Positions 63,215 through 64,000 of a DNA stretch of 64,000 nucleotides are shown in pieces. Positions within the stretch are counted from its first letter, which is position 1. Each line of letters begins with the position of its first letter. Origin of the DNA: Chrysochromulina tobinii. Its lineage: Eukaryota. The notes under the pieces are model-generated. The model saw only the letters and a list, made by a program, of their open reading frames with translations, was not told where the DNA came from and made no database searches. Location: NCBI GenBank assembly GCA_001275005.1, contig JWZX01003203.1, positions 1 through 64,000 of the forward strand, read 5' to 3'. A program made the position numbers and the translations under genes.

Positions 63215-64000
63215 ATGCCTCCAAAGCCCACAGCCGGCTCCGGCTTTGCTGCGGCGAAGGCAGCTACTGCGCTCAAGCTCAGTGCTAAGGCAGCGACTGC
63301 GTCCAAAGGAAAACAGCCCGGACGTTCACTCGACGACGAGCTCGCCGCCGCTTGGATGGTGGCACCGACTCAAGGTGAGGAGACCTGCAGCTGCTCACAG
63401 CCGAGCTTGGCAGCGTTGTCACTTTCGACAGAGCTGGCTGCAAAGCTCAATGAACAGCCTGCGGACATGCAGCAGGCTGCTCGGAACTTGCTCGAGCTGC
63501 TCATGGCAACCTCTGCTGGCGTGCACGCCAGCGTGCTGCGATGGGAAAGCCTCAACGAGACCTCTGGATGCCGAGTTTGTTGGCTGCGCGTGACCGCGCT
63601 CGGTGAGCACCCCTCCCTCATCAGGCTCGGCCGCGTCGCTCTCGTACGCGCCGAGACCGCGCGGGCCACTCGCTTGGAGCCGAGTCGGCACTTGCCAACG
63701 GCGATCTCTCCGGTGCTCGTGCACCCGCCGCTCGCCGCCCAGAGGTGCGATCTCCCGCTGGCCTCTTGGCGATCGCTCGAGCCGTCGCGCTGCACCGAGG
63801 ACGGCGGGTTGCTCCAGACGTGGGCCGACCGGCTGGCCGCGTACCTCAAAGCCTCGGCGAGCCACGCACAGCACAGCGAGGCAGCCCTGTACAGCGTGCT
63901 CGAGGAGCTGTGGGATCTTGATGGTCCGTTGGCACGGCTCGCCGGTACGACCGCCGAGCGCACCGCCACGTCCAAAGCATGGCTTGCCGCACGGCTCGGT
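63215..64000 (+). CDS. Partial hypothetical protein (runs off window end)
   Basis: ATG 63215 (MPPKPTAGSGF...), 262 codons with no stop to the window end; absent from the ORF track for that reason; no recognisable domain. Confidence 0.55.
   Translation, partial: MPPKPTAGSGFAAAKAATALKLSAKAATASKGKQPGRSLDDELAAAWMVAPTQGEETCSCSQPSLAALSLSTELAAKLNEQPADMQQAARNLLELLMATSAGVHASVLRWESLNETSGCRVCWLRVTALGEHPSLIRLGRVALVRAETARATRLEPSRHLPTAISPVLVHPPLAAQRCDLPLASWRSLEPSRCTEDGGLLQTWADRLAAYLKASASHAQHSEAALYSVLEELWDLDGPLARLAGTTAERTATSKAWLAARLG

Noticed and set aside
63603..63624. GTGAGCACCCCTCCCTCATCAG, family-like intron end inside the last ORF
   Set aside because: Only 22 nt from the nearest GT, removal would shift the frame, and it lacks CTGAT; the frame reads through. 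A longer intron cannot be excluded.

Overview
GC-rich, gene-dense eukaryotic nuclear DNA with short spliceosomal introns, several of them GC-AG. It encodes a flagellar protein (CFAP58) and a signal-peptide-bearing plastid ribosomal protein (L24), so it is most likely a secondary-plastid flagellate alga, probably a haptophyte (inference). About 28 protein genes can be modelled by hand: proteasome alpha-4, DHHC palmitoyltransferase, a 70-aa Cys/KKEL peptide, PTPMT1-like phosphatase, rpl24, M6PR/ATG27-like receptor, CFAP58, SET methyltransferase, DnaJ, sulfotransferase, RanBP2-ZnF protein, RCC1 repeat protein, CCDC130/YJU2B, DUF4604, TRPV-like channel, DDX54/DBP10, GT77, PUS7, FkbM, PhyH dioxygenase, IQ/ubiquitin-like protein, GT31, TPR-AHA1, PDZ scaffold, JmjC-SET-like and a TPR protein. 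An intronic box C/D snoRNA (snR51/SNORD57-like, 18S Am100 guide) lies in DDX54. The strongest signal is a recurring intron architecture in at least five unrelated genes. Most of these introns are filled with ~10-28 nt tandem repeats built on CTGA(T/G), many end in a shared CTGATTGCCTCCCTCATCAG-like 3' end, and one intron end copies 10-39 nt of the adjacent exon, supplying the second splice site. This looks like an intron-generating system with variable-length target duplications and no obvious terminal inverted repeats. All gene models and family calls are by-eye readings; no database search was run.
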